NCBI GenBank assembly: GCA_021775875.1
Contig: JAJFHA010000020.1
Location: 25,544 to 89,543, forward strand
DNA length: 64,000 nucleotides
Direction of reading: 5' to 3'
Origin: Hyphomicrobiales bacterium
GTDB lineage: Bacteria > Pseudomonadota > Alphaproteobacteria > Rhizobiales > NORP267
The position numbers were made by a program, and so were the translations under genes. This document shows positions 1 to 9,099 of the stretch, one piece after another. Below the pieces are notes generated by a model. That model worked only from the letters and a program-made list of their open reading frames with translations. It searched no databases and was not told where the DNA came from. The number at the start of each line of letters is the position of its first letter. The stretch's first letter is position 1.

Positions 1-2
1 AT

Positions 3-887
3 GAGCGTGTCACCAGGGATTTGCGGGCCCTCTTCAGCCTTGATATCAAGAATGTCGAGCAGGGTTATTATCCGATGCCGCGTGATAATGACGGGTCTTT
101 GTTCAAACAGATTTCGCGCGTACGCGATTTTTTTGCCGACCTGCCCGAAGCCAACCGCCGTCGTCGTGATGATATTCATGACGAGGTGAGCGAAGAAAAG
201 CGCGACAAGCGACCACTTTATTACATGCAGAATTTCCACTATCAGACAGACGGCTGGATGAGCGAAGATTCAGCTCGGATTTATGATATTCAGGTGGAAT
301 CCCTGTTCGGTGGTTCAGCAAATGTGATGCGGCGGCAATGTCTCGTGCCGCTGGCAAAATACGTTGCTGGAAAAGATCAGCGCAATGTTCGGGTGCTGGA
401 TATAGCCTGCGGCACCGGACGTTTTATTGACGCCGCCTGTTGCGCGTTTCCCCGTCTGGATATTCATGGCATTGATTTGTCGGAAGAATATCTCCACGAG
501 GCCCGCAAGCAGGTCGGGCGACGGCCAAATATCAAGTTTTCTTTGGCCAAAGGTGAAGCCTTGCCGTTTGCCGATGACAATTTCGACTGTGTTGTAACCA
601 CTTTCCTGTTTCATGAATTACCGCCGGCCATTCGTCGATCCGTCGCAGGTGAAATCGGCCGGGTTCTGAAATCAGGCGGGATTTACATCCATCTGGATTC
701 TCTGCAATTGGGCGATGATCCTGATTATGACGGCCTTCTGGAAGGCTTTCCACGATATTTCCACGAGCCCTATCACGGCACCTACGTGCGGGAAAATTTG
801 GTTGAATTATTTGGTGCTGCCGGATTGGTGGAGCAGGACACAATGCCGCTTTTCATATCCAAGCTAAACGTTTTAGAGAAAGCCTGA
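3..887 (+). CDS. class I SAM-dependent methyltransferase (5' end probably beyond window edge)
   Basis: The frame is open from base 3 with no upstream stop, and the listed ORF 21..887 begins on TTG. It has the SAM-binding glycine motif VLDIACGTGR, followed by GIDLS and VTTFLFHELP, typical of Methyltransf_11/25-type enzymes. Confidence 0.8.
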   Translation, partial: ERVTRDLRALFSLDIKNVEQGYYPMPRDNDGSLFKQISRVRDFFADLPEANRRRRDDIHDEVSEEKRDKRPLYYMQNFHYQTDGWMSEDSARIYDIQVESLFGGSANVMRRQCLVPLAKYVAGKDQRNVRVLDIACGTGRFIDAACCAFPRLDIHGIDLSEEYLHEARKQVGRRPNIKFSLAKGEALPFADDNFDCVVTTFLFHELPPAIRRSVAGEIGRVLKSGGIYIHLDSLQLGDDPDYDGLLEGFPRYFHEPYHGTYVRENLVELFGAAGLVEQDTMPLFISKLNVLEKA

Positions 888-896
888 ATTGAAATT

Positions 897-1982
897 TTAG
901 CCGTTTTGACCGCGATGTCGCAGGAAATGATCCGCCAGAACCAGCGCCATCATGGCTTCGCCAATGGGCACGGCCCGGATACCGACACAGGGATCGTGTC
1001 GGCCCTTGGTGGAAATATCGGTTTCATTCCCATCCCGGTCGATGGTGCGACGAGGCGCCAGAATGCTGGATGTGGGTTTGACGGCAAAACGCGCAACAAT
1101 GTCTTGTCCCGATGAAATGCCACCCAGAATACCACCGGCATGGTTGGAGAGAAATTGCGGCACGCCATCGGCGATCCGGATTTCATCCGCATTTTCTTCG
1201 CCGGTCAGGGACGCCGCGTCAAATCCGGCACCGATTTCAACGCCTTTAACGGCGTTGATGCTCATCAGCGCGGAGGCGATATCTTGATCCAGTTTGCCAT
1301 ATACGGGTGCGCCTAAACCGGCAGGCACACCATCAGTGATTACTTCAACAATGGCACCGCAGGATGATCCGGTCTTGCGTAATTCATCCAGATAATCAGC
1401 CCAGGTATCAACGATTTTCGGATCAGGGGAAAAAAACGGGTTTTCGCCAACCTGATCCCAGTCCCAGTTTTCGCGATCAATTTGGTGCGGTCCGACCTGC
1501 ACCAAAGCCGCGCGGATATTCATGCCACCCACGACTTTGCGTGCAATCGCGCCAGCCGCAACCCGGCACGCTGTTTCGCGCGCCGAAGATCGCCCGCCAC
1601 CGCGATAATCACGAATGCCGTATTTGGCGTCATAGGTGAAATCGGCATGGCCCGGACGATAGGCAGCAGCGATATTTGAATAGTCTTTCGAGCGTGCATC
1701 CACATTTTCGATCATCAGTGAGATCGGCGTGCCGGTGGTCACCTGTTCGCCGGTGTCAGGATGTTCAAAGACGCCTGACAGGATGCGAACCTGATCAGGT
1801 TCCTGACGCGGGGTTGTGAACCGCGATTGTCCCGGACGGCGTTTATCCAGATGAACCTGAATATCTTCAGCCACAAGGGAAATGCCCGGCGGACACCCGT
1901 CAACCACGCAGCCAATGGCTGGCCCATGGCTTTCGCCCCAGGTTGTCATGCGGAAAAGCTGGCCAAAAGTATTGTGTGACAT
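897..1982 (-). CDS. aroC: chorismate synthase
   Basis: 361 aa. Carries [32 protein letters not shown] and GRHDPCVG, the chorismate synthase signature motifs. Confidence 0.95.
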   Translation of the reverse strand: MSHNTFGQLFRMTTWGESHGPAIGCVVDGCPPGISLVAEDIQVHLDKRRPGQSRFTTPRQEPDQVRILSGVFEHPDTGEQVTTGTPISLMIENVDARSKDYSNIAAAYRPGHADFTYDAKYGIRDYRGGGRSSARETACRVAAGAIARKVVGGMNIRAALVQVGPHQIDRENWDWDQVGENPFFSPDPKIVDTWADYLDELRKTGSSCGAIVEVITDGVPAGLGAPVYGKLDQDIASALMSINAVKGVEIGAGFDAASLTGEENADEIRIADGVPQFLSNHAGGILGGISSGQDIVARFAVKPTSSILAPRRTIDRDGNETDISTKGRHDPCVGIRAVPIGEAMMALVLADHFLRHRGQNG

Positions 1983-2074
1983 CGGTTTTCGCCGGTTTGA
2001 AGAATTTACCAGCTTGTAGGCGCTTGAACGTGCCCGGTCAAACCGATCCTGCCAACTTGGTCAACAGTGGATGG

Positions 2075-3076
2075 TCACAGCCGCAAAATGAGTTTGCCGT
2101 TATTCTCGCCGGAATAGAGCATGTTGAGCACGTCAGGGAAGGCATCAACCCCACCATCGCGGACGTCTTCGCGCATGGTTAGTTTGCCATCCGCATGCCA
2201 CTGACCAAGGGCTTTGACGGCTTCACCGTACCGCTTGGCAAAATCGAAAATGATAAAGCCCTGGACCCGGAGCCGGTTGACCAGAATGGAGCGAACATTG
2301 CGCAGGCCCGGAGGGGCTTTGGTCGCATTATAAACCGAAATCATACCGCAAACCGGCACCCTGCCACCCAAATTCATGTGATTGAAAACGGTATCGGTAA
2401 TGTCGCCGCCGACATTTTCAAAATAGATATCCACGCCGTCCGGACAATGTTCTTTCAGCGCCTCATTCAGATTGTCGGCTTTGTAATCGATGGCCGCATC
2501 AAATCCGAGTTCATCAACAATGTAGCTGCATTTTTCAGGCCCACCGGCGATGCCGACGACCCGCAAGCCCATGTTTTTACCGATCTGGCCAACAATCGAC
2601 CCGACCGCGCCGGAGGCGGCAGACACAACAAGGGTCTCGCCCTCGATGGGGGTTCCGATATCAAGCAAACCGAAATAGGCGGTCATGCCGGGCATGCCCA
2701 ACCCGCCAATCCAGCGTTCAAGTGGTGCCTGGCTGGCGTCGACCCGCAAAGCTTCCCGGCCATCAACAATCGCGTATTGCTGTACCCCGAACATACCGGT
2801 GACGGCATCGCCAACGCTGAATTTTGGATGGCGGGACGCTTCAACAATACCCGCCGAATAGCTGCGCATTACATCGCCAATGGCAACCGGTTCCACATAG
2901 GATTTGCTGTCATTGAGCCAACCCCGCATGGCCGGATCAAGCGAGATAAACTGCGATTTGACCAAGATTTGCCCGTCATGAAGTTCCGGCAATTCTTCGT
3001 CCCCGATTTCAAAATCATCACGGGTAACAAGACCAACAGGTCGATTTTTGAGCCGTACAACGCGATTTTTCGTCAT
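2075..3076 (-). CDS. NADP-dependent oxidoreductase, medium-chain dehydrogenase/reductase family (alkenal/enone reductase-like)
   Basis: 333 aa. Has the nucleotide-binding stretch VVSAASGAVGSIVGQIGK and the overall MDR layout. The long + strand ORF 2195..3091 is its antisense shadow. Confidence 0.85.
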   Translation of the reverse strand: MTKNRVVRLKNRPVGLVTRDDFEIGDEELPELHDGQILVKSQFISLDPAMRGWLNDSKSYVEPVAIGDVMRSYSAGIVEASRHPKFSVGDAVTGMFGVQQYAIVDGREALRVDASQAPLERWIGGLGMPGMTAYFGLLDIGTPIEGETLVVSAASGAVGSIVGQIGKNMGLRVVGIAGGPEKCSYIVDELGFDAAIDYKADNLNEALKEHCPDGVDIYFENVGGDITDTVFNHMNLGGRVPVCGMISVYNATKAPPGLRNVRSILVNRLRVQGFIIFDFAKRYGEAVKALGQWHADGKLTMREDVRDGGVDAFPDVLNMLYSGENNGKLILRL

Positions 3077-3087
3077 GAATTAATTCC

Positions 3088-3897
3088 TTAAACTGTGCTG
3101 ATATCCGGAGCGTCCACGGCCTTCATGCCAACCGCATGGTAACCTGAATCCACATGATGCACTTCGCCTGTTACGGCCCGTCCCATATCGGATAATAGGT
3201 ACAGGCCGGACTGGCCAACCTCTTCTGTGGTGACGGTCCGTCGCAATGGTGAATTATATTCGTTCCAGCGCAGGATATAGCGGAAATCACCAATCCCGGA
3301 TGCGGCCAGTGTTTTGATCGGGCCGGCTGAAATAGCATTCACGCGGATGCCCTTTTTGCCCAGATCTTCGGCTAGATACCTTACGCTGGCTTCCAGTCCT
3401 GCTTTGGCAACACCCATGACATTGTAATGCGGCATGACCTTTTCGGCGCCATAATAAGTGAGGGTCAGGATGGATCCGCCGTCACTCATCAGGGGTTCCG
3501 CCCGGCGCGCAATCGCGGTCAGCGAATAACAGGAAATCAGCATGGTCCGGGTAAAATTGTCTTTCGACGTCTCGATATAACGCCCGGTCAATTCATCCTT
3601 GTCAGAAAAGGCGATAGCGTGCACCAGGAAATCAAGCTTGCCCCAGCTTTTTTCAAGCTCAGCGAAGGTAGCTTCGATCGAAGCATCATCTTCTACGTCG
3701 CAGGGGAGGACCAATTTGCTGCCGGCTTCTTCCGCCAGAGGGACCACGCGTTTTTGCAGCGCCTCGCCCTGATAGGTGAATGCCAGTTCAGCCCCCGCCT
3801 TGTAGCAGGCTTCGGCAATGCCCCACGCGATTGAACGTTTGTTGGCGACGCCCATGATAAGGCCTCGTTTGCCTGCCAATAATCCGGATGTTGTCAT
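3088..3897 (-). CDS. fabI: enoyl-[acyl-carrier-protein] reductase (NADH)
   Basis: Carries GKRGLIMGVANKRSIAWGIA and catalytic HYNVMGVAKAGLEASVRYLA (Tyr-x6-Lys). I chose the internal ATG at 3897 (MTTSGLLAGKRG..., 269 aa) rather than the ORF maximum at 3978. Confidence 0.9.
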   Translation of the reverse strand: MTTSGLLAGKRGLIMGVANKRSIAWGIAEACYKAGAELAFTYQGEALQKRVVPLAEEAGSKLVLPCDVEDDASIEATFAELEKSWGKLDFLVHAIAFSDKDELTGRYIETSKDNFTRTMLISCYSLTAIARRAEPLMSDGGSILTLTYYGAEKVMPHYNVMGVAKAGLEASVRYLAEDLGKKGIRVNAISAGPIKTLAASGIGDFRYILRWNEYNSPLRRTVTTEEVGQSGLYLLSDMGRAVTGEVHHVDSGYHAVGMKAVDAPDISTV

Positions 3898-4068
3898 GAG
3901 CCCCAGCCCCTCGAAAATAACATTTTTGATTGTTGCCGTATGATAGCCTGTTGGAATAGCGCGTCCAATGCTAACCATCCAGTCTAAAAATTGTGACCTT
4001 GTAAAAAAATGTCCTATATCTTCAGGGCGATCAACAATATGCGTTGAAAAAACAGTGAATTTCTTATC

Positions 4069-4707
4069 ATGACCAATTCTGACAACAGTTTTTATGAAGG
4101 TGCACCGGCACCAGATTTTCTGGATGCCAGTGACCCGTTTTCTCTATTCGCGACATGGATGGCGGACGCCGAAAAATCTGAACCCAATGACCCGAATGCC
4201 ATGGCGCTTGCGAGTGTGGATGCGGAAGGTCTTCCCAACGTGCGGATGGTTTTGCTCAAAGATTTCGGCCGGGATGGTTTTGTGTTTTACACAAATTTCG
4301 AAAGCGCCAAGGGCTGCGAGCTGCAATCAAGCGGCAAGGCGGCTTTGGTATTTCACTGGAAATCCTTGCGCCGCCAGATCAGGTTGCGCGGCCCGGTCAA
4401 CCCAGTCAGTGATGATGAGGCGGATGCTTATTTCGAGAGCCGCGACCGGGGCAGTCGGGTTGGAGCCTGGGCATCACAACAATCACGCCCGCTTGAAAGT
4501 CGTTTTGCGCTGGAAAAAGCGGTCGCGAAATTTGGCGTTAAATTTGGTGTTGGCAAGGTGCCACGCCCGGACCATTGGTCAGGGTTTCGCCTGACCCCGG
4601 TGGAATTTGAATTCTGGCACGACCGGCCCTTCAGGCTCCACGACCGGCTTACCTTCCGCCGTGACCAAGAGGGCGATGATTGGCAATGTTCAATTCTTTA
4701 TCCTTAA
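4069..4707 (+). CDS. pdxH: pyridoxamine 5'-phosphate oxidase
   Basis: 212 aa. Carries [24 protein letters not shown] and the C-terminal [14 protein letters not shown] PNPOx signature. Confidence 0.95.
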   Translation: MTNSDNSFYEGAPAPDFLDASDPFSLFATWMADAEKSEPNDPNAMALASVDAEGLPNVRMVLLKDFGRDGFVFYTNFESAKGCELQSSGKAALVFHWKSLRRQIRLRGPVNPVSDDEADAYFESRDRGSRVGAWASQQSRPLESRFALEKAVAKFGVKFGVGKVPRPDHWSGFRLTPVEFEFWHDRPFRLHDRLTFRRDQEGDDWQCSILYP

Positions 4708-4770
4708 CCAATGTGGTTGTGATAAGAGAACGGCAAATGCCAGAGCGCATGCAGGAAAGAAAATAGTAAA

Positions 4771-5523
4771 ATGGCGGATACCAACGAACCACGCCGGACT
4801 TTGATCTTGACCGGCGCCAGCCGCGGCATCGGGCACGCAACGGTAAAACGTTTTTCAAGCGCAGGTTGGCGGGTCATTACCTGCTCCCGCCACGCATTTC
4901 CTGAAGATTGCCCGTGGGAAGCCGGGCCTGAAGATCATATTCAGGTCGATTTGGCAGACGAGGCAAACACCCGTGACGCCATTTCTGAAATGAAAGACAG
5001 GCTGAAAGCTGATGGCGGCGTTCTCAATGCGCTGGTCAACAATGCAGCCATTTCGCCGAAAGGTCCGGAAGGTCAGCGCCTTGGTACTATCGATACCAAT
5101 GTTACCGACTGGCGTTATGTTTTTCAGGTGAATTTTTTCGGCCCGATCATGCTGGCGCGTGGATTGCTGGATGAATTGAAAGCGGCGCAAGGGTCGGTGG
5201 TCAACGTAACCTCGATTGCCGGCAGCAGGGTCCATCCATTCGCCGGAGCGGCGTATGCGACATCGAAAGCGGCACTTGCGGCATTGACTCGCGAAATGGC
5301 GTCGGATTTCGGCCCGCTCGGTATCCGCGTCAATTCCATTTCACCGGGTGAGATTGAAACTTCCATCTTGTCGCCGGGCACTGAAAAACTGGTATCGCAA
5401 ATCCCGTTACGCCGTCTTGGCGCCTCTGAAGAAGTCGCCAAAGCGATCTATTTCTTCTGCACCGAAGCGTCCAGCTACGTGACTGGCGCCAACCTGCACG
5501 TCAATGGCGGCCAGCACGTTTAA
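4771..5523 (+). CDS. SDR family oxidoreductase
   Basis: 250 aa. Has the TGASRGIGHA cofactor motif, NNAA, and catalytic YATSKAALAAL (YxxxK). Confidence 0.85.
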   Translation: MADTNEPRRTLILTGASRGIGHATVKRFSSAGWRVITCSRHAFPEDCPWEAGPEDHIQVDLADEANTRDAISEMKDRLKADGGVLNALVNNAAISPKGPEGQRLGTIDTNVTDWRYVFQVNFFGPIMLARGLLDELKAAQGSVVNVTSIAGSRVHPFAGAAYATSKAALAALTREMASDFGPLGIRVNSISPGEIETSILSPGTEKLVSQIPLRRLGASEEVAKAIYFFCTEASSYVTGANLHVNGGQHV

Positions 5524-5560
5524 AAACCAAATTGAATAAGTGGCTTCGCCGCATGTAGCG

Positions 5561-5749
5561 CTGGATTGCGGCTTTCGCCGGAATGACGATTTTTTATTTT
5601 GGCACCCAGCACTTCCGTCATCCCGGACAAGCGGCGGTCCGTATATCTTACATGTCCGAATGTCGATCCGCCGCGCGATCCGGGATCCAGTTTTAGCGAT
5701 CCCAATCGTGGCACGTCTCCACTGGATTTCGGCTTTCGCCGGAATGACG
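5561..5749. repeat. composite palindromic intergenic repeat (modules A-B-C-A)
   Basis: Module A (ctggatt.cggctttcgccggaatgacg, hairpin ccggc-tttc-gccgg) occurs at 5561-5588 and 5722-5749. Module B (gtcatcccggacaagcggcggtccg) is at 5617-5641 and module C (cgatccgccgcgcgatccgggatccag) at 5664-5690. B and C are imperfect inverted copies of each other. Segment 5617-5749 recurs inverted at 39266-39399. Confidence 0.85.
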
Positions 5750-5789
5750 GGTCCGGGAGAATTTTTTTCGGACGTCTTCGCTTCCGGGA

Positions 5790-6389
5790 CTAATCCAAAA
5801 TCTCAAAATGCGCTTCAACCGGTTTGTTACCAACCCCGTTAATCGGCAGGATATCCTGCGGGCAGGCGGACATTGCCACCACGCAATCCATTTCAGCGCG
5901 AAGCACTACATAGTCACCGGGCTTTGTCGTTGGCGCTTCAAACGAGAGTGCGCCATCCGCTGTCCAGGGAATGTTCATGAACAGATTGAACGGGCTTGGG
6001 GTTTCCGGTTCGCGCAGCCCCAGTTCGCGCATTCCGGCTGAGAGATTATCGGTGCAATTATCGTGATAATCGGTGCAGCCCAAAAGCCCGTAACGTTCAT
6101 TGTCGCAGGCTGCCATGAGGGTATCGTGTTGGCCCTGACTGGTATCCTCTTCCAGCGTCAGGATTGGGCGGCGCTTGTTGGTATAGAGATGGTCACCGAC
6201 CCGCGGGATAATCCTGCCAATGGTCGGGCGGGTATGTTCCATCGACATGAATTCAATTAAATGCCCGGCGCGAAACGCCCAGGTATCGACCACCTGCTCG
6301 CCATGGGTATTGATGATCTTGATGGCCTGGCCTTTATTGACGTAGGCCGCCTTGCCGCGCCGTGCTGGAATTTCAATCAAGTCACCCAT
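5790..6389 (-). CDS. DUF1989 / urea carboxylase-associated family protein
   Basis: 199 aa. The N-terminal pattern (IPARRGKAAYVNKGQAIKIINTHGEQVVDTWAF) and the Cys-rich core (ACDNERYGLLGCTDYHDNCTDNL) match my recollection of the DUF1989 family. Assigned from memory only. Confidence 0.65.
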   Translation of the reverse strand: MGDLIEIPARRGKAAYVNKGQAIKIINTHGEQVVDTWAFRAGHLIEFMSMEHTRPTIGRIIPRVGDHLYTNKRRPILTLEEDTSQGQHDTLMAACDNERYGLLGCTDYHDNCTDNLSAGMRELGLREPETPSPFNLFMNIPWTADGALSFEAPTTKPGDYVVLRAEMDCVVAMSACPQDILPINGVGNKPVEAHFEILD

Positions 6390-6503
6390 GCTCTTGTCCC
6401 CACCGAATGTACCCGTATAAATGTATGGCTCAACGCTAACACAGGAAGCTCGCGTGATCGTGGATTATTTTGTCGCTAAAATCTGTCCGCAGGTGCAATT
6501 CTG

Positions 6504-7112
6504 ATGGGAAATGCCGCGCTTGAAGGGTTCCTGCTGGGTGCCGGTCTGATCATCGCGATTGGGTCGCAAAATGCCTTTGTGTTGGCCCAGGGCATCGCCC
6601 ATCGTCACGTATTTGCAGTTTCTACAGTTTGCTTTTTGTCCGACGCAATATTGATCGCGGCTGGCGTCGGCGGCTTCGGCACAATAGTGCGCTCATGGCC
6701 TACGCTGATTGTAATAGTGACAATTCTTGGGGCGATTTTCTTAGTTCTTTATGGGGCAATTGCCTTTAACCGCGCCCGCACGCCACATCGGCTTGAAACC
6801 GGTAACGGCAATAGTGGATCTTTGGTGGGCGCAATATCCACGGCCTTGATCCTGACCTGGCTCAACCCCCATGTCTATCTCGATACCGTTTTGATGCTTG
6901 GCGGAATTTCGGCAAGATACGAAAATGACGCCCGATTTGCCTTTGGCTCAGGCGCGGTTGCGGCATCCTTCGTCTGGTTTTATGCGCTTGGATATGGCGC
7001 GATGCTGCTTGCGCCAATTTTCAGAAAGCCACTCGCGTGGCGCTTTCTGGACACCGCAATCGGCCTCGTCATGTGGGCAATCGCGGCGTCCTTGATTTAC
7101 GGATTGCTGTAA
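6504..7112 (+). CDS. LysE/ArgO family amino-acid exporter
   Basis: 202 aa polytopic membrane protein. The N-terminal LGAGLIIAIGSQNAFVLAQGI motif is characteristic of ArgO/LysE. Confidence 0.85.
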   Translation: MGNAALEGFLLGAGLIIAIGSQNAFVLAQGIAHRHVFAVSTVCFLSDAILIAAGVGGFGTIVRSWPTLIVIVTILGAIFLVLYGAIAFNRARTPHRLETGNGNSGSLVGAISTALILTWLNPHVYLDTVLMLGGISARYENDARFAFGSGAVAASFVWFYALGYGAMLLAPIFRKPLAWRFLDTAIGLVMWAIAASLIYGLL

Positions 7113-7116
7113 GCTC

Positions 7117-8496
7117 TTATTTGATCAGGCCTTCGCTGATCGCCCATTGATGGGTGCGATCAAGGCCTCGGCCGAGCATATCAAACAGATCGTTGATCTC
7201 ATCTTCTGTTATGATCAGCGGTGGGCAAATTCCGATATTGTCGCCCATAGCGCGCAGGATAATGCCTTCTTCTTGAAGGAACTGAACCATTTTTGCACCG
7301 ACCATCGCCTTTGGATCAAAGGCCTGTTTTGAGGCTTTGTCGGCGACAAGTTCAACGGCACCCACAAGACCAACGCCGCGGGCTTCGCCTACCAGCGGAT
7401 GATCGGCATAATCGTGGAGCCGCTTCTGGAACAGCGGCATCTTGCCACGAACATTTTCGATCATCTGGTCGCGCTCGTATATTTCGAGAGTTTTGAGAGC
7501 GACCGCGCAACTTACCGGATGACCGGAATAGGTGTAGCCATGGCCAAAGGTGCCGATTTTACGGCTCTCATCAAGCATCGCCTGATACATGTCTTCGGCA
7601 ATCAGGCACGCGCCGATGGGCATATAGGCCGATGACAAGGCCTTCGCGACGGAGATGGAATTCGGCTCGAACCCGTATGTCTGACAGCCAAACATGTTGC
7701 CGGTGCGCCCAAAGCCGCAAATCACTTCGTCCGAGATGAAATAGACATCATATTTGCGCAGTACCGCCTGAATTTTTTCAAAATACGTCGCAGGCGGCAC
7801 GATCACCCCACCGGCACCCATGACCGGTTCGGCAATGAAGGCTGCAACCGTATCCGGGCCCTCGCGGATAATCATCTCTTCCAGATTATTGGCGAGCCGG
7901 GTTGAAAATTCCTCTTCTGTTTCGCCCGGCTCCGCAAAGCGGTAGTGATGCGGACAATCGGTGTGCAGGATATTCTGGATCGGCAAATCCCAATCAATAT
8001 GATTTGCTGGTAACCCGGTCAGACTGGCAGAGGCCACTGTAACCCCGTGATAGCCTTTGATGCGGCTGATGATTTTTTTCTTCTTCGGCCGCCCCAGCGC
8101 ATTGTTCATGTACCAGATCAGCTTGACCTGGGTATCGTTGGCTTCCGACCCGGAGCAGGTGAAAAACACTTTGGAGACCGGCATCGGCGCAATTTCTTTC
8201 AGCTTTTCAGCGAGCGCAACAGCGGGCTCGTGGCTTTTGCTGGTGAAAATATGACTATAAGTCATGGTTTCCATCTGGCGGGTCGCTGCGTCAATCAGCT
8301 CCCTGTTGCCATATCCAAGCGATGTGCACCAAAGCCCGGCAAGCCCTTCCATGAGTTTGTTGCCCTCAGAATCATACAGATAAATTCCTTCACCGCGCTC
8401 CAGCATGAGCGGGCCGCTTTCGCGGTGAGCATCAAGATTTGTGTAGGGGTGGATCAGGGTTTCGACATCGCGAGCCTGGGCGTTGGTAAGTGGCAT
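7117..8496 (-). CDS. class III (omega) aminotransferase, PLP-dependent
   Basis: 459 aa. Carries SGSEANDTQVKL, DEVICGFGRTG and the PLP-lysine region SVAKALSSAYMPIG. Confidence 0.9.
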   Translation of the reverse strand: MPLTNAQARDVETLIHPYTNLDAHRESGPLMLERGEGIYLYDSEGNKLMEGLAGLWCTSLGYGNRELIDAATRQMETMTYSHIFTSKSHEPAVALAEKLKEIAPMPVSKVFFTCSGSEANDTQVKLIWYMNNALGRPKKKKIISRIKGYHGVTVASASLTGLPANHIDWDLPIQNILHTDCPHHYRFAEPGETEEEFSTRLANNLEEMIIREGPDTVAAFIAEPVMGAGGVIVPPATYFEKIQAVLRKYDVYFISDEVICGFGRTGNMFGCQTYGFEPNSISVAKALSSAYMPIGACLIAEDMYQAMLDESRKIGTFGHGYTYSGHPVSCAVALKTLEIYERDQMIENVRGKMPLFQKRLHDYADHPLVGEARGVGLVGAVELVADKASKQAFDPKAMVGAKMVQFLQEEGIILRAMGDNIGICPPLIITEDEINDLFDMLGRGLDRTHQWAISEGLIK

Positions 8497-8614
8497 ATTG
8501 TCCTCGGTGAAACTTGATTATTGGAAAATGCCGATAGCGGCGCTGGCCCATAGAGCCTGCACGAGAGAGGTTTGACAAGTCGAAAGTGTTGATGTGCCGG
8601 TTAGGCAGGATTGA

Positions 8615-9016
8615 TCAATGGATCGAACCGGAAACCATCCCAGCATTGGGGATCGTTGTCTGATCGCCGACTGCATAGCCAAGCAAATCACGCGCCAGTC
8701 GGGCACAGCGGGCGGGGAGCTGGTCTTCAAATCCGATCCAGAAAGGTTCAACGCTGTCACCGATCAGCACATGAACCACATAATCTGTGTTGTCCTGCTC
8801 GAATTGCAATGCCAACCAATGTACCGATTCCGGGAATTCCAGCCCGGTCTGAAAATCGAAAATCATCTGGCCGCCAAGTTCAGCCGCAATTGAGCGGATG
8901 ACACTTATTACAATGGCCGGATCGGTATCCACCGGCAATGTAGCAAGGCAGTCCGACAGACGGCTTGTTGCTGTGACGGCGTTGATATCAATATTATCAG
9001 GATTCGAATGTAACAT
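8615..9016 (-). CDS. hypothetical acidic protein
   Basis: 133-aa ORF on the same strand, lying between the aminotransferase and amidase genes. Codon usage looks like its neighbours. I recognise no motif and the RBS is weak. Confidence 0.4.
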   Translation of the reverse strand: MLHSNPDNIDINAVTATSRLSDCLATLPVDTDPAIVISVIRSIAAELGGQMIFDFQTGLEFPESVHWLALQFEQDNTDYVVHVLIGDSVEPFWIGFEDQLPARCARLARDLLGYAVGDQTTIPNAGMVSGSIH

Positions 9017-9099
9017 GCCCTCAGGTTAAGCTTAAACGAGGCCAGATTGAGGCCGAACCAAGTCAATCCATGGGCAATTTCAACTTTTGCAAACCTTGT

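Noticed and set aside
2195-3091. Long antisense ORFs opposite well-supported genes. Examples are 2195..3091 (+), 27490..28281 (+), 29546..30241 (+), 37943..38620 (-), 39545..40012 (+) and 25630..26136 (-).
   Set aside because: Each lies entirely within, and antisense to, a gene with clear family motifs. Their products are Arg/Pro/Gly/Ser-rich with no motifs, the usual shadow-ORF pattern in moderately GC-rich DNA.
5520-5842. ORFs inside the repeat regions: 5540..5842, 5599..5793, 5520..5714, 39039..39230, 39136..39318, 39179..39367, 39227..39478, 39243..39434 and 30189..30413.
   Set aside because: They are produced by the palindromic repeat modules and are readable in both orientations, giving peptides like PAKAGIQ and FRRNDG. 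They are not credible proteins.
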